This document shows positions 8,107 to 17,345 of a DNA stretch of 55,452 nucleotides, piece after piece. Where the stretch lies: positions 1 to 55,452 of the IMG/VR virus record IMGVR_UViG_3300021408_000080. One strand, given 5' to 3'. A model generated the notes under the pieces. The model worked only from the letters and a program-made list of their open reading frames with translations, was not told the origin of the DNA and searched no databases. Position 1 is the stretch's first letter, and every line of letters begins with the position of its first letter. This DNA comes from a virus (taxonomy: Duplodnaviria; Caudoviricetes). Position numbers and translations under genes: made by a program.

Positions 8107-8445
8107 ATGAAACGTCATTTCGACTGGGTTGCAATTCATCAGGCGCAGAAGGTCTTGGCCACGCTGTATCCGGAATTGTTCAGCCTGCTCAATCCCGTGC
8201 CGCTCAAAATCGGCATCAAGGACGACATCCTCGTGCGCTTCCCGGGTATCCGGCGGCACGTGCTCGGTGGGCTCCTGGGCTGGCTCACCCATCGGCGGGA
8301 CTACCTCGAACGATGCACCGAAGGCGCCACGCGCTACGGCTTTGATGGGCCGGACGGCGTGGTCACCGCGGCCGAGGCGGAGTTCGCGCTGAAGAAGTTC
8401 GTCGAGCGGGAAATCTCAAGCCTACCAAGGGTAAAAGCAGCATGA
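8107..8445 (+). CDS. proQ: ProQ/FinO-family RNA chaperone
   Basis: YPELF...PVPLKIGIKDDI...YLERCTEGATRYGFDG..GVVTAAEAEFA. Confidence 0.88.
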   Translation: MKRHFDWVAIHQAQKVLATLYPELFSLLNPVPLKIGIKDDILVRFPGIRRHVLGGLLGWLTHRRDYLERCTEGATRYGFDGPDGVVTAAEAEFALKKFVEREISSLPRVKAA

Positions 8446-8681
8446 GGACATCACTCTGTGCCCGACGGTTCCTGGCCCGCGTCCTTGAAGAGCGCACCGT
8501 CACGGTGGACGGCAAGCGCGCCGGGATGGTGGAGATCCTCTGCCGCACCAAGCTCATAACGGCCACTCCCATCAAGGCCGGGATCAAAGGCCGGAATCGC
8601 CAGTTCAAAGTTACGCTCACCCCCGAAGGCGCCAAATTCGCGAGGCCACTCTGTGGAGCTTCCCAGCCACTGGCCCGCTGA
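8442..8681 (+). CDS. Hypothetical protein (possible wHTH)
   Basis: ATGA-coupled; ends ...KVTLTPEGAKF. Confidence 0.55.
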   Translation: MRTSLCARRFLARVLEERTVTVDGKRAGMVEILCRTKLITATPIKAGIKGRNRQFKVTLTPEGAKFARPLCGASQPLAR

Positions 8682-8820
8682 GGACCAGTATCTGATCGCC
8701 CTGTTGTTCCGGCTCGACACTCAGACGCCGGGCGACAAAGACGAGTGTTCCGAGACCGGCGCGCTGCGCGTAGCCGTGGACATAGCCCTTGCGACATTTC
8801 CCGTAAAAACAGTCGGTTGA
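8653..8820 (+). CDS. Small hypothetical protein (55 aa, not in ORF track)
   Basis: GTG-initiated MELPSHWPAEDQYLIALLFRL... fills the gap before dnaB. Confidence 0.35.
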   Translation: MELPSHWPAEDQYLIALLFRLDTQTPGDKDECSETGALRVAVDIALATFPVKTVG

Positions 8821-8832
8821 GGTGTTGCGTTC

Positions 8833-10335
8833 ATGGCGTCTGCTAAGCCTCATTATGCTTTAGACGCAGAGCCACCATCTGAGCGAACCCTCCCCTGTAA
8901 CGTCGAGATCGAATGGGCGCTGCTCGGCGCGCTGCTGGTCGATAACCATTGGTTCGACCGGGCGGCGCTGACGCTCAGGCCCGAGGACTTCTACGACCCG
9001 CTGCATCAGCGGATGTATGCCGAAATGGTCGGGCTCTTCGCCAAGGGCATGCACGTGACGCCCTTGACGCTGAAGGCCATGCTCGAAGGCGATGCCGGCT
9101 TGGCCGAGGTCGGCGGCATCACGTATCTCTTAGGCCTCGCGCGCTCCGCATCGGTCCTGCCAAACGTCGCCGACTACATCGCGATCCTCAAGGATCTCGA
9201 ACTGCGGCGGCATCTGATCCGGATCGGCGAGGACATCACCAACCAGGCATATGCCGCACCCTATGGCGTGGCGGCTACCGAGGTCGCCGGGCGCGCCTCA
9301 GAGGCGCTGTTCCAGGCCGCGAGTGCCGGCGAGGCAAAGCCTGCCCTGTCTCTCGATAGGGTCGCAGGGGAAGTGCTCGACATGCACGAGCGCCGCTTCA
9401 ACGGCGAGCGGTTCCCGACGGTCAAGATCGGCCTGCACACAGTGGACGCCGAGATAGGCGGATTCAGGGGCACGGACCTGGTCGGGATCGCCGGGCGGAG
9501 CGGCATGGGCAAGTCGGCGCTGCTGGGCGGCATCGCCCTCGGCGCCGCGATGCGGGGCACCCCCGTGCTCGTGTTCTCCATCGAAATGGCCAACGGGCAG
9601 TGGGCCGAGCGCACGCTGTGCGACATCGACTTCTACGAAAACGGCGGCAAGGACGCGCTTGAATACCGCAAGTTCCGCAACGGCACGTTGACTGAGGGGG
9701 AGTTCGATCGCGCCGCGCGCGCCCGCCTCCGGCTCAACAATCTACCCCTTCACATCATCGACGACGACCAGCTGAACATCGAGGATCTGAGCGCGCGCGC
9801 CAGGACATGGGCGATCGGGCGCGGGCCTCTCGGCATGATCGTGGTCGACTATGCGCAGATCGTGGCCCCGACGGACCAAGGCCGAGATCGCTCCCGCGAG
9901 CAGGAGGTCAACCACATCGCCCGCGGGCTCAAGCGCTTGGCCAAGAAGCTCGGCTGGGTGGTCGTCGCCGGAATCCAGTTGCTGAACAAGGGCATGAAGG
10001 GCACGGATGCCGACCGCCGGCCGACCGCGCAGGACATCAGGGAATCGGGGGGCATCGAGAACGAGTGCGACGTGGTCTTCGCCACCTATCGCCCCGCTTG
10101 GTATCTCGAGCAGCGCAAAGCCGAGGCCAAGGCCGCGAGCCAAGCCGAGTGGGATGCCTGGCAGGCAGACCATCAGAACGCCAAGCACAAATTCGAACTG
10201 CTGAACTTCAAGCAGCGGCACGGCCGCCGGATTGATTTCGAACTGTGGTGCGACATGGGCGCATCAGCCGTCCGCGATCAACGGCCCATCGGCAACGTCA
10301 TCACCCAAGAGGAAGCGAAAGGGCTGTTCGCATGA
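8833..10335 (+). CDS. dnaB: Replicative DNA helicase DnaB-like
   Basis: N-domain NVEIEWALLGALL/PEDFYDPLHQ; Walker A AGRSGMGKS; FSIEM; IVVDYAQ; DIRESGGIENECD. Confidence 0.95.
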   Translation: MASAKPHYALDAEPPSERTLPCNVEIEWALLGALLVDNHWFDRAALTLRPEDFYDPLHQRMYAEMVGLFAKGMHVTPLTLKAMLEGDAGLAEVGGITYLLGLARSASVLPNVADYIAILKDLELRRHLIRIGEDITNQAYAAPYGVAATEVAGRASEALFQAASAGEAKPALSLDRVAGEVLDMHERRFNGERFPTVKIGLHTVDAEIGGFRGTDLVGIAGRSGMGKSALLGGIALGAAMRGTPVLVFSIEMANGQWAERTLCDIDFYENGGKDALEYRKFRNGTLTEGEFDRAARARLRLNNLPLHIIDDDQLNIEDLSARARTWAIGRGPLGMIVVDYAQIVAPTDQGRDRSREQEVNHIARGLKRLAKKLGWVVVAGIQLLNKGMKGTDADRRPTAQDIRESGGIENECDVVFATYRPAWYLEQRKAEAKAASQAEWDAWQADHQNAKHKFELLNFKQRHGRRIDFELWCDMGASAVRDQRPIGNVITQEEAKGLFA

Positions 10336-10583
10336 GTGTCGAGGCGATGACGTGGGCGTGGAAGCAGAAGGTGGGCTCTGGGCAGCAGAAGCTCGTCCTG
10401 GTGGTGTTGTCCGACTCAGCGGACCCGAGTACCGGCCTTGTCTGGCTCGATATCGACAGCCTCAAACGACGCGCTGAAATGTCAGAAGCAGCCATCAAAA
10501 CCGCCCTTCTGGCGCTAAGCATCAAAGGGTTCATCAAGCAGGAAGAAAACGGCAACTACCGTTTCATTTGGGGGGCAAAATGA
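10332..10583 (+). CDS. HTH_36-like winged-helix protein
   Basis: MSVEAMTWAWKQ...KLVLVVLSD; resembles the N-terminus of the next gene. Confidence 0.75.
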   Translation: MSVEAMTWAWKQKVGSGQQKLVLVVLSDSADPSTGLVWLDIDSLKRRAEMSEAAIKTALLALSIKGFIKQEENGNYRFIWGAK

Positions 10584-11518
10584 GCGTCGATGTCATCACC
10601 GCAGTGTGGCGCTCAGGCGTCTACGACGGCAGCAACCTGATCGTTCTGCTCGCCCTGGCTGATTGGGCCGCGCCGGACGGCACGCGGGTCTATCCAACGA
10701 TCCGGCAAATCATGGAGAAGGCGCGGCTCTCTGAGCGTGGGGCCCGAGACTGCCTCCGCAAGCTGAAAGGCGACGGGTTTCTGATCCTGGTGAAGGGTTC
10801 GGACGGCACGAGGGGTATGGCCAACGAATGGCGCCTCGACGTCGCGAAGCTATGGGCCTGTGCCGGAGAAACGGAGAAGAAATCACGGGGGCAAATTGAA
10901 GGTGACAATTATGCCACGGGGGCAAATGGCGACAGTCACGGGGGCAAATTGCAGCTGCACGGGGGCAAATTGCAACAAATCCCCCACACCCCCTATATAG
11001 ATTCAACCGTTATAAACAACCGTCATATACAACCGTCATCCGCGCCTGGCGGCGCGTCGAGAGCGAAGGCTTCGAAGCAAGGGGAAGAACCAGAGGGCTT
11101 CGCCGAGTTCTACCAAGCCTATCCAAGACACGAGGGCCGGGGGCAGGCGGAGAGGGCCTATAGGGCCGCGCGCAAGATCGTCTCGGCCGAGATCCTCCTT
11201 GAGGGCGCGGAGCGGTACGCGGCGCTCCGGAAGGGCGAGCCAGCCCAATACACCAAACATCCGGCCACCTGGTTGAACGGCAAAGGCTGGCTGGACGAGG
11301 CCCTGCCAGTCCAATCGGCGACTGTGATCCCGATCGCGCGCGCCAGCCTCTTCGACTGGGAAGAGCGGCTGCGGATCTACTACGGCTACGTCAGCGAGGA
11401 CAAAGAATACCCACTACCGAAGGGCACCTGGAACAAGAGTTGGGGCCCAGCACCGCACGAGCAAGGCCACAAGGTCCCGCTTGAAGCCTTCGCCAAGATC
11501 AAACCCAAGGTGGCGTGA
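10580..11518 (+). CDS. Phage replication initiator (wHTH plus C-terminal loader-interacting domain)
   Basis: VLLALADWA...YPTIRQI; FAEFYQAYPRHEGRGQA...KHPATWLNGKGWLDE; iterons in its linker. Confidence 0.85.
   Translation: MSVDVITAVWRSGVYDGSNLIVLLALADWAAPDGTRVYPTIRQIMEKARLSERGARDCLRKLKGDGFLILVKGSDGTRGMANEWRLDVAKLWACAGETEKKSRGQIEGDNYATGANGDSHGGKLQLHGGKLQQIPHTPYIDSTVINNRHIQPSSAPGGASRAKASKQGEEPEGFAEFYQAYPRHEGRGQAERAYRAARKIVSAEILLEGAERYAALRKGEPAQYTKHPATWLNGKGWLDEALPVQSATVIPIARASLFDWEERLRIYYGYVSEDKEYPLPKGTWNKSWGPAPHEQGHKVPLEAFAKIKPKVA
10884..11042 (+). repeat. Replication origin: four iterons plus three 13-bp AT-rich repeats
   Basis: CACGGGGGCAAAT at 10884, 10915, 10937, 10958; CAACCGT at 11004, 11017, 11030. 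Confidence 0.85.
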
Positions 11519-11688
11519 TGAAGTGCCTCCTCAAGAAAACCGGTGGGGTGTGCCGCTCTCCTGTGGCGTGTGGCGGATTTGGCTACTGTCGCGAGCGAAA
11601 CTTCGATGGCACGCCGATGACCGAGGCAAAGCTCGCGCGCAACCGCGAGGCTCAACGGGCTGATGACGCTGGGAGAGAGGCCAAATGA
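11518..11688 (+). CDS. Small Cys-rich protein (56 aa, not in ORF track)
   Basis: MKCLLKKTGGVCRSPVACGGFGYCRERN...; TGATG and ATGA coupling. Confidence 0.6.
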   Translation: MKCLLKKTGGVCRSPVACGGFGYCRERNFDGTPMTEAKLARNREAQRADDAGREAK

Positions 11689-12023
11689 AGCTCGATCGCA
11701 ACAAACTCGGCAACGACGGCCGCGGAAAGTATGCGCTGATCAAGGTGCGAGAGGTGGCGCTGTTTGAGCCGCCCGAGGCCTTCGCAACGAGCCCCGTGCT
11801 CGAAGCGATCAAGACCCTTGAGGACGCGGGCGTGCTCGATTGGGGCGAGGTTAACACCGAGGCCGAGTTCTTCGTGATCCGGCTCAAGGACAAGTACGCT
11901 CTGGCGGCGCTGGTGGCCTACGCGCAGGCGGCGTTCACGGACGATCCGGAGTACGCGAAGGATATCGCGGACCTGGTCTGTCGCGCCGGAGCGAACTCCC
12001 GTTGGTGCAAGAGGCCCGACTGA
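11685..12023 (+). CDS. Hypothetical phage protein
   Basis: Coupled ORF; EFFVIRLKDKYALAALVAYA. Confidence 0.75.
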   Translation: MKLDRNKLGNDGRGKYALIKVREVALFEPPEAFATSPVLEAIKTLEDAGVLDWGEVNTEAEFFVIRLKDKYALAALVAYAQAAFTDDPEYAKDIADLVCRAGANSRWCKRPD

Positions 12024-12295
12024 TGAAGCGGAAAAACTGGCGGTCAACCGGATGGCGTTGCAGCGATGGGCGCGTGCTGGAATACAGCACCGATCTACCG
12101 GCGGGCATCCACGCCGAGGTCTTCCGCGCCCGAGCGTCCACGACGGGGCGTTATCCGGCCAAGAACCCGTGGCGATTCCGCATCGGCGGGTATGACCACT
12201 CAACGCGCCGCTATCCATCGGCGGTCCAGGCGATGCTCGCATGCGAGCGCGTTCTGAAGGATGCCCTCCGGAAATCTCTGGGGATGCTGTCATGA
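12023..12295 (+). CDS. Hypothetical protein
   Basis: TGATG-coupled ORF. Confidence 0.6.
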   Translation: MKRKNWRSTGWRCSDGRVLEYSTDLPAGIHAEVFRARASTTGRYPAKNPWRFRIGGYDHSTRRYPSAVQAMLACERVLKDALRKSLGMLS

Positions 12296-12759
12296 AGGCG
12301 CTCACAATCTGGCAACCCTGGGCGTCGCTCGTGATCCTTGGCGCCAAGCCCTACGAATTCCGGGAGTGGGACTATTCGGACCGATACCCGGGCGTGGTCG
12401 ACCAGAGGATTGCTATCCATGCCGCCGCGCGCCCGATCAAGCCGGCCGAGATCGAAGACCTGATCGAACGGGTGCGCGAGAAGGAATCCTCGCTGGTGCC
12501 CGAGATCGCGTGGCCGCTGCTCAATCGGTTGAGCCAGGCCTACAAGGGGCAGGGCGTGCTCGAGCTCTCCGCCGGGCTCGGCACGTGCATCATCCGCAAG
12601 CCGATCAAGGTCACCGACCTGTTCAAGGGCTACGACAGCGACCGGTTGAATCACCGCATGTTCGCGTGGCCCGTGACGGACATCGAGCCGTTCGACCACC
12701 CGATTCCGCATCGGGGCGCGCAAGGCTTCTGGAACTGGCCCGAGAAGGTGGCAGCATGA
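12292..12759 (+). CDS. ASCH-domain protein
   Basis: MKALTIWQPWASLVILGAKPYEFREW...IAIHAA...PIPHRGAQGFWNW. Confidence 0.88.
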   Translation: MKALTIWQPWASLVILGAKPYEFREWDYSDRYPGVVDQRIAIHAAARPIKPAEIEDLIERVREKESSLVPEIAWPLLNRLSQAYKGQGVLELSAGLGTCIIRKPIKVTDLFKGYDSDRLNHRMFAWPVTDIEPFDHPIPHRGAQGFWNWPEKVAA

Positions 12760-13298
12760 ACCCGAAGGTCACCCTGCCACAAGAGTGGATGGACAAGTCC
12801 ATGGCCTATGCCGAGCTCCAGGTTCGGCGGTACGAGAACGGCGAGTGCAGCACCTACCGGTCGACCCACGGGGTAGAGAGCGACGTCGAGACGCTCGCCA
12901 ATGCCAAGCGGTGCGAGTGTGCGTTCGCCATCTATCTCGGCCTGGACCCGGCCCAGGCGGTAAATTGGGTCCAGGCGAAACGCGGAGACGATGACGACCG
13001 GGACATCGAGTGGGTAGGTAAGGGCGGATTGCGGCTGGTCGACGTGAAGTCGACGCGGCGAGGCGGCCAGTACCTTTTCTGGCCGATCGGCAAGAACGAT
13101 GATTTCGAGACGAAGAAGTTCAACACCCTCGTCCTGGTGACGCACGCCGACAATGAGTTCGAGATCATGGGGTGGCTGACCAAGGACGAATTCCGCGCCA
13201 TGCGGCAGGTTGCTCCGGCAGGGCACAAACTGACCAAGGGCACCTGGCACGTGCATCAGAAGAACATCCGCAAGTTCCGAGAGAGGGTGGCAGCATGA
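12756..13298 (+). CDS. PD-(D/E)xK nuclease-like protein
   Basis: CECAFAIYLG...DRDIEW...LVDVKST...EIMGW. Confidence 0.55.
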   Translation: MNPKVTLPQEWMDKSMAYAELQVRRYENGECSTYRSTHGVESDVETLANAKRCECAFAIYLGLDPAQAVNWVQAKRGDDDDRDIEWVGKGGLRLVDVKSTRRGGQYLFWPIGKNDDFETKKFNTLVLVTHADNEFEIMGWLTKDEFRAMRQVAPAGHKLTKGTWHVHQKNIRKFRERVAA

Positions 13299-13885
13299 CG
13301 TTCGATGAGATCATGGCCGTCTACACCGGCTCGAATGGTGACGCGACCAAGGCGCTCTACGCCCAACTGGGGACGTTCGGGCCTGCCGGCGGCGTCGCGC
13401 TGAACCTCTTCCGCGCCTGCAAGACGAGCGAGCGGGCGAAGAAGTATCGCGGCGGGAACGGCAATGGCCGCTATCGCGACCAGGCCTACGCCACCAAGTC
13501 CTGGTCGCTCGACAACCTGTGCGAGGCGTTGGAGTGGGCGGCGCCCAAGCTCGGCATCACGTGGGGCTGGGCGGTCGACACCAAGATGTCGCCGGACGCG
13601 CCGCACCGTGAGGTCATCTACATCGACACACCCTGCGGCCAAGTCTCGTTCCACAATGACCGCCGCGGCGCCGGACCGGCCTACACCGGCAGATGGGACG
13701 GACAGCCAGGCCAGGCGCCGGCGCGGATCTGCACCTGGATCGATGCGATCATGAACGGCAAGCCGTGCGGGGTCCCGGCCCTCGTGGCGTGCGAGCCCGA
13801 TCAAAGCCATCTACGGCGCACGGCCAAACGCCGGATGCAGGCGCAGCAAGCGGACGTGGATGGACCAGGAGGCAAGCTGCTGTGA
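13295..13885 (+). CDS. Hypothetical phage protein
   Basis: Coupled ORF; VIYIDTPCGQVSFH...YTGRWDG. Confidence 0.75.
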   Translation: MTFDEIMAVYTGSNGDATKALYAQLGTFGPAGGVALNLFRACKTSERAKKYRGGNGNGRYRDQAYATKSWSLDNLCEALEWAAPKLGITWGWAVDTKMSPDAPHREVIYIDTPCGQVSFHNDRRGAGPAYTGRWDGQPGQAPARICTWIDAIMNGKPCGVPALVACEPDQSHLRRTAKRRMQAQQADVDGPGGKLL

Positions 13886-14262
13886 TCACGCGCGAGGAAC
13901 TGAAGAATTTGCACATGATCCAGACCTTGCACGGCCACGGGGACGGGATGTTCTTCTACCGCTACCGGTGCGTCGAGCATCCGCGCCTTTCCCGCCACGA
14001 CCACTACGAGAAGAGGACCAAGAGCGTGGAGAGCACGTTCATGGTCGACGGCGCCAATGTCGCGGACATCGATGCGGCGATCGAGGCGCTGAGCGTGCCG
14101 GTGGTCATAACGCCCGAAGAGCAGGCCGTGCTCGACACCCTCCCGACCGAGTGGACTGATATCCGTTCGTTCAGCGGCAAACAGCGCCTCGATCTCCTGC
14201 CGCTCGCGGACAAAGGCCTGATCGAATACAGCGGCGACCGCCAGTTCCGGCGCAGGCCGTGA
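13882..14262 (+). CDS. Hypothetical protein
   Basis: GTGA-coupled on both sides. Confidence 0.65.
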   Translation: MITREELKNLHMIQTLHGHGDGMFFYRYRCVEHPRLSRHDHYEKRTKSVESTFMVDGANVADIDAAIEALSVPVVITPEEQAVLDTLPTEWTDIRSFSGKQRLDLLPLADKGLIEYSGDRQFRRRP

Positions 14263-15119
14263 AGCTGATCCGCGTGTTTCCCCGCCGCAACAGGGCTACG
14301 CCCGATGACGCCGGAGTGCGCTTCGGCCCTCCTGGACTGTTCGATGAGGCGGACGAGGTCCATGTCTCGGTGACCTTCACCGCGGACAAGACGATCGCGG
14401 AGCGGCTGGCGGAGCAATGGCGGGCTGTGGCGCCGGTCAAGATCGGCGGCGTGGCCTACGGCGACACGAGCCTGGAGTTCATCCCCGGCCGCTACGTGAA
14501 GCCGGGTTACACGATCACCTCGCGCGGCTGTCCGCGGCGCTGCTGGTTCTGCGGCGTGTGGAAGAAGTGGCCCGAGGTCAACGCGATGCCGATCTACGAC
14601 GGATGGAACGTGCTCGATGACAACCTGCTGGCGGCTCCCGTGGAGCATGTCCATGGCGTCTTCGCGATGCTGCGCCGGCAGAAGAAGGCCGATTGGCCCG
14701 GTTGGGACGGCCGCATCGAGTTTACCGGCGGGCTCGAAGCTCTGTCGCTTCAGGACTATCAGGTCGACCTCCTCGCCAGCCTGAAGCCGCGGCCGAATAT
14801 GTTCTTCGCCTACGATCCTGGCGATGCGTTCGAAACGCTGGAGAGCGCCGCGCGCCGCCTGCTCGCCGCCGGCTTCACCACCAGGTCGCACCGCATGCGC
14901 GCCTACGTGCTGATCGGCTACCCCAAGGACACCTTCGACGAGGCCGAGAAGCGCCTTAACCAGATGATGGGGATCGGCTTCACGCCGCACGCCATGCTGT
15001 GGCTCCCGGAGACGCCGTCGCAAGAGAAGCACCGGCCGCCGCCGGAGTGGCGCGCCTTCCAACGCCAATGGGCAAGGCCGACGATCATCCATGCTGTGGA
15101 TAATGAGAAACGGGATTGA
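14259..15119 (+). CDS. Radical SAM protein
   Basis: TSRGCPRRCWFCGVW (CxxxCxxC), DDNLLA, YVLIGYPKDTFDEAEKRL. Confidence 0.88.
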   Translation: MKLIRVFPRRNRATPDDAGVRFGPPGLFDEADEVHVSVTFTADKTIAERLAEQWRAVAPVKIGGVAYGDTSLEFIPGRYVKPGYTITSRGCPRRCWFCGVWKKWPEVNAMPIYDGWNVLDDNLLAAPVEHVHGVFAMLRRQKKADWPGWDGRIEFTGGLEALSLQDYQVDLLASLKPRPNMFFAYDPGDAFETLESAARRLLAAGFTTRSHRMRAYVLIGYPKDTFDEAEKRLNQMMGIGFTPHAMLWLPETPSQEKHRPPPEWRAFQRQWARPTIIHAVDNEKRD

Positions 15120-15144
15120 GGATTTGCACGGCGCGGGATATAAG
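15095..15144 (+). promoter_or_regulatory. Sigma70-like promoter preceded by a DnaA box
   Basis: TGTGGATAA (15095-15103); TTGAGG-N17-TATAAG (15116-15144). Confidence 0.5.
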
Positions 15145-15205
15145 GAACACGTCGCGGTGACCTTTACCGCCTAACTGGGCCTTATGTGGCCCGAGGAGAC
15201 CGACA

Positions 15206-15598
15206 ATGAAAATCACCATCGCCATCGACATCCCCACCAAAGAGATCATGTGGCAGTTCGTAGCCGCCTTCGAAGGTGGCTCGAATTATTGGCTGAACGA
15301 GATCGGCGCTGTCACCATCGGGACCTTCCCCGATCCAAAGAAGCCCTGGTACTCGGACGAGCGCGTGTTCGAGCAGGCCTACAGCATCGAACTGAAATAC
15401 GACAACCCCAAAAAGGGTAAGCCGTATGCGAGCAAGACGATCACGCAGGACGACGTTGTGAAGGGACTCGCGATTATGGCGGCCAAGGTGCCGCATCAGT
15501 TCGCCGCGCTGATCGACCCTGACGGCACAAGCGCCGACGCCACCACTGCCGACGTGTTCTTGCAGTGCGTGCTGTTCGGCGACGTCGTTTACGGGTGA
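15206..15598 (+). CDS. Hypothetical phage protein
   Basis: GAGGAG RBS; ends ADVFLQCVLFGDVVYG. Confidence 0.8.
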   Translation: MKITIAIDIPTKEIMWQFVAAFEGGSNYWLNEIGAVTIGTFPDPKKPWYSDERVFEQAYSIELKYDNPKKGKPYASKTITQDDVVKGLAIMAAKVPHQFAALIDPDGTSADATTADVFLQCVLFGDVVYG

Positions 15599-15603
15599 GC
15601 GCG

Positions 15604-15954
15604 ATGGAACCCCAAACAACCGACATTGACTGGTCGACCGGCGAAGAGCGCGGCGTGCCGCCTCGGACCAAGGTGTGGTTTGTCGCGGTCTACATGGTGG
15701 ACAAGGCCTTTGGCGGCCACGAGGAAGGCGGCTGGTGGTACGACGTGGGCGAGCTCGTCCGCGTCAACCGCTCGTTCAAGAACGAGAGCCTTGCCTACGC
15801 CTACGCCCGCCGCATGAACGACCGGCTTGAGCGCACCCTGAACAAGGATCGGCGTGAAATCTCGTCTGTGCTGTCGGAGGGGCGCTACAGCGCCCGCGTT
15901 TGCGACGATCTGCCAACACGGCACTTCCCCCTCCTTCGCCCGCACTACGAGTGA
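15604..15954 (+). CDS. Hypothetical phage protein
   Basis: VYMVDKAFGGHEEGGWWYD motif; codon bias. Confidence 0.75.
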   Translation: MEPQTTDIDWSTGEERGVPPRTKVWFVAVYMVDKAFGGHEEGGWWYDVGELVRVNRSFKNESLAYAYARRMNDRLERTLNKDRREISSVLSEGRYSARVCDDLPTRHFPLLRPHYE

Positions 15955-15959
15955 CCGCC

Positions 15960-16427
15960 ATGATGACCGCAAACGAAGCTTTGGACCGCGCGCGCAAGAT
16001 TTGGGGCGACAGGATCAAGAACGTCGCGCCCATGTCGCGCAAGGAAGGCTCTTGGTGGGTTGATGTCACCGATGATGCCTGGGCGCACGGTCTCGATGGC
16101 AACGGCCACGCCGACTGCCACCCCGAGTGCACGAAGCTGGAAATGGGCACTCCCATGACCATCGATCTTTGCACTGCGCCTGGAGCCGCCGACCTGACGT
16201 TTGGTTCGGTGCTCTCAGAAATGATCTCACGGTCGTTTCTGCGCGTGGATGGGCGCGCGGCCCCTGGGGGGCGGTACTATACGCAATGCCTGCATTGCCG
16301 TGGCACCGATATGGATCGGCCGACCGGCAGAGGGGCTACGCTGGGCTTGGTGACGCATGCTGCTGATTGCCTACTGGCAAAGCACCTGCCGCGCCTCATA
16401 GCGATGGCGGATAAGGGCGTGACATGA
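15960..16427 (+). CDS. Hypothetical Cys/His-rich protein
   Basis: Coupled ORF; CHPEC, CLHC, HAADC. Confidence 0.6.
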   Translation: MMTANEALDRARKIWGDRIKNVAPMSRKEGSWWVDVTDDAWAHGLDGNGHADCHPECTKLEMGTPMTIDLCTAPGAADLTFGSVLSEMISRSFLRVDGRAAPGGRYYTQCLHCRGTDMDRPTGRGATLGLVTHAADCLLAKHLPRLIAMADKGVT

Positions 16428-16780
16428 CCGGCGCCATCGCAATCTCAGACGAGGACATTGACGGGATGACGGACGACGCCTGCGATGAACTCGCGCGCAT
16501 CGTCCAGAAGGTGGTTGGCCAGAAGGACGGCGGAATCGCCGGGCAGATCTACGGACGGCATGGCGAGCAATGGGCGACCGTCCGTGCCCTCCTTGTCGAG
16601 CACCTGACGACCGAGGAGCTTTACCGGGACGCCGACGATGACGACGGGGAGCCGCGCTGCTCCAATCCTGGCGGCCATCACTTCGTGTGCACCGGGACCA
16701 ACGAGGGCGGCGACGATGAGCGCTACCACGGCGAAGGGCGCACCTATTGCGAACACTGCAACGCGGATGGTGACGCATGA
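16424..16780 (+). CDS. Hypothetical protein with C-terminal Zn ribbon
   Basis: ATGA-coupled; C...H...CEHC. Confidence 0.65.
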   Translation: MTGAIAISDEDIDGMTDDACDELARIVQKVVGQKDGGIAGQIYGRHGEQWATVRALLVEHLTTEELYRDADDDDGEPRCSNPGGHHFVCTGTNEGGDDERYHGEGRTYCEHCNADGDA

Positions 16781-17106
16781 AAACCTACATCGGCACCTAT
16801 CACCAACAGGGCAACACCGTCGTCGTCCAGGAATCCGGCCGGGAGCGTCGGCTCTCGCCCAAGGTCAACATCAGGAACCACAGTCCGTCCGGGTTCAGTT
16901 GGGGATATGGCGGGTCTGGGCCCGCGCAGCTGGCCCTCGCGATCATGTGCGACCTCTACGGCGATCGGATCGAGGACCATCCCGTCAACTACCAGACCTT
17001 CAAGTTCGCCTTCGTGGCGAATCTGCCGGAGAGCAAGCCCTGGCGCGCGACCGAGGCGGAAGTCCGCCAAGCCGTGGCGCGCCTGACGGATGGAGCGCCC
17101 CGATGA
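16777..17106 (+). CDS. DUF6166-like protein
   Basis: RNHSPSGFSWGYGGSGPAQLALAI. Confidence 0.75.
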   Translation: MKTYIGTYHQQGNTVVVQESGRERRLSPKVNIRNHSPSGFSWGYGGSGPAQLALAIMCDLYGDRIEDHPVNYQTFKFAFVANLPESKPWRATEAEVRQAVARLTDGAPR

Positions 17107-17345
17107 AAGCCTACGCACCGAACGGAAAGCCGATCATCGGCACGGCTGATTCCATCCTCGCCACTGCGCACACGGACCCCGAGGGCTGGGGGCGCAACAC
17201 GCACGGCGTGCTCACCTTCGACTACAGCGACGGGTCGACCATCCACTGGGACACGGCAGAGGTCGAGACCGGTGAGAACCGGCTTCGATACTTCTACGAC
17301 GCCGACGGCAACAAATGGCGCGAAGATCAGGTGGTGCTCAAATGA
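17103..17345 (+). CDS. Hypothetical protein
   Basis: ATGA-coupled. Confidence 0.65.
   Translation: MKAYAPNGKPIIGTADSILATAHTDPEGWGRNTHGVLTFDYSDGSTIHWDTAEVETGENRLRYFYDADGNKWREDQVVLK

Noticed and set aside
10884-11042. Short direct repeats as a CRISPR array
   Set aside because: Repeats are 13 bp with 8-18 bp gaps inside a coding gene and no cas genes are present; they fit iterons
12745-13298. Recurrent GGTGGCAGCATGA at gene junctions
   Set aside because: Ordinary RBS plus ATGA translational-coupling signature
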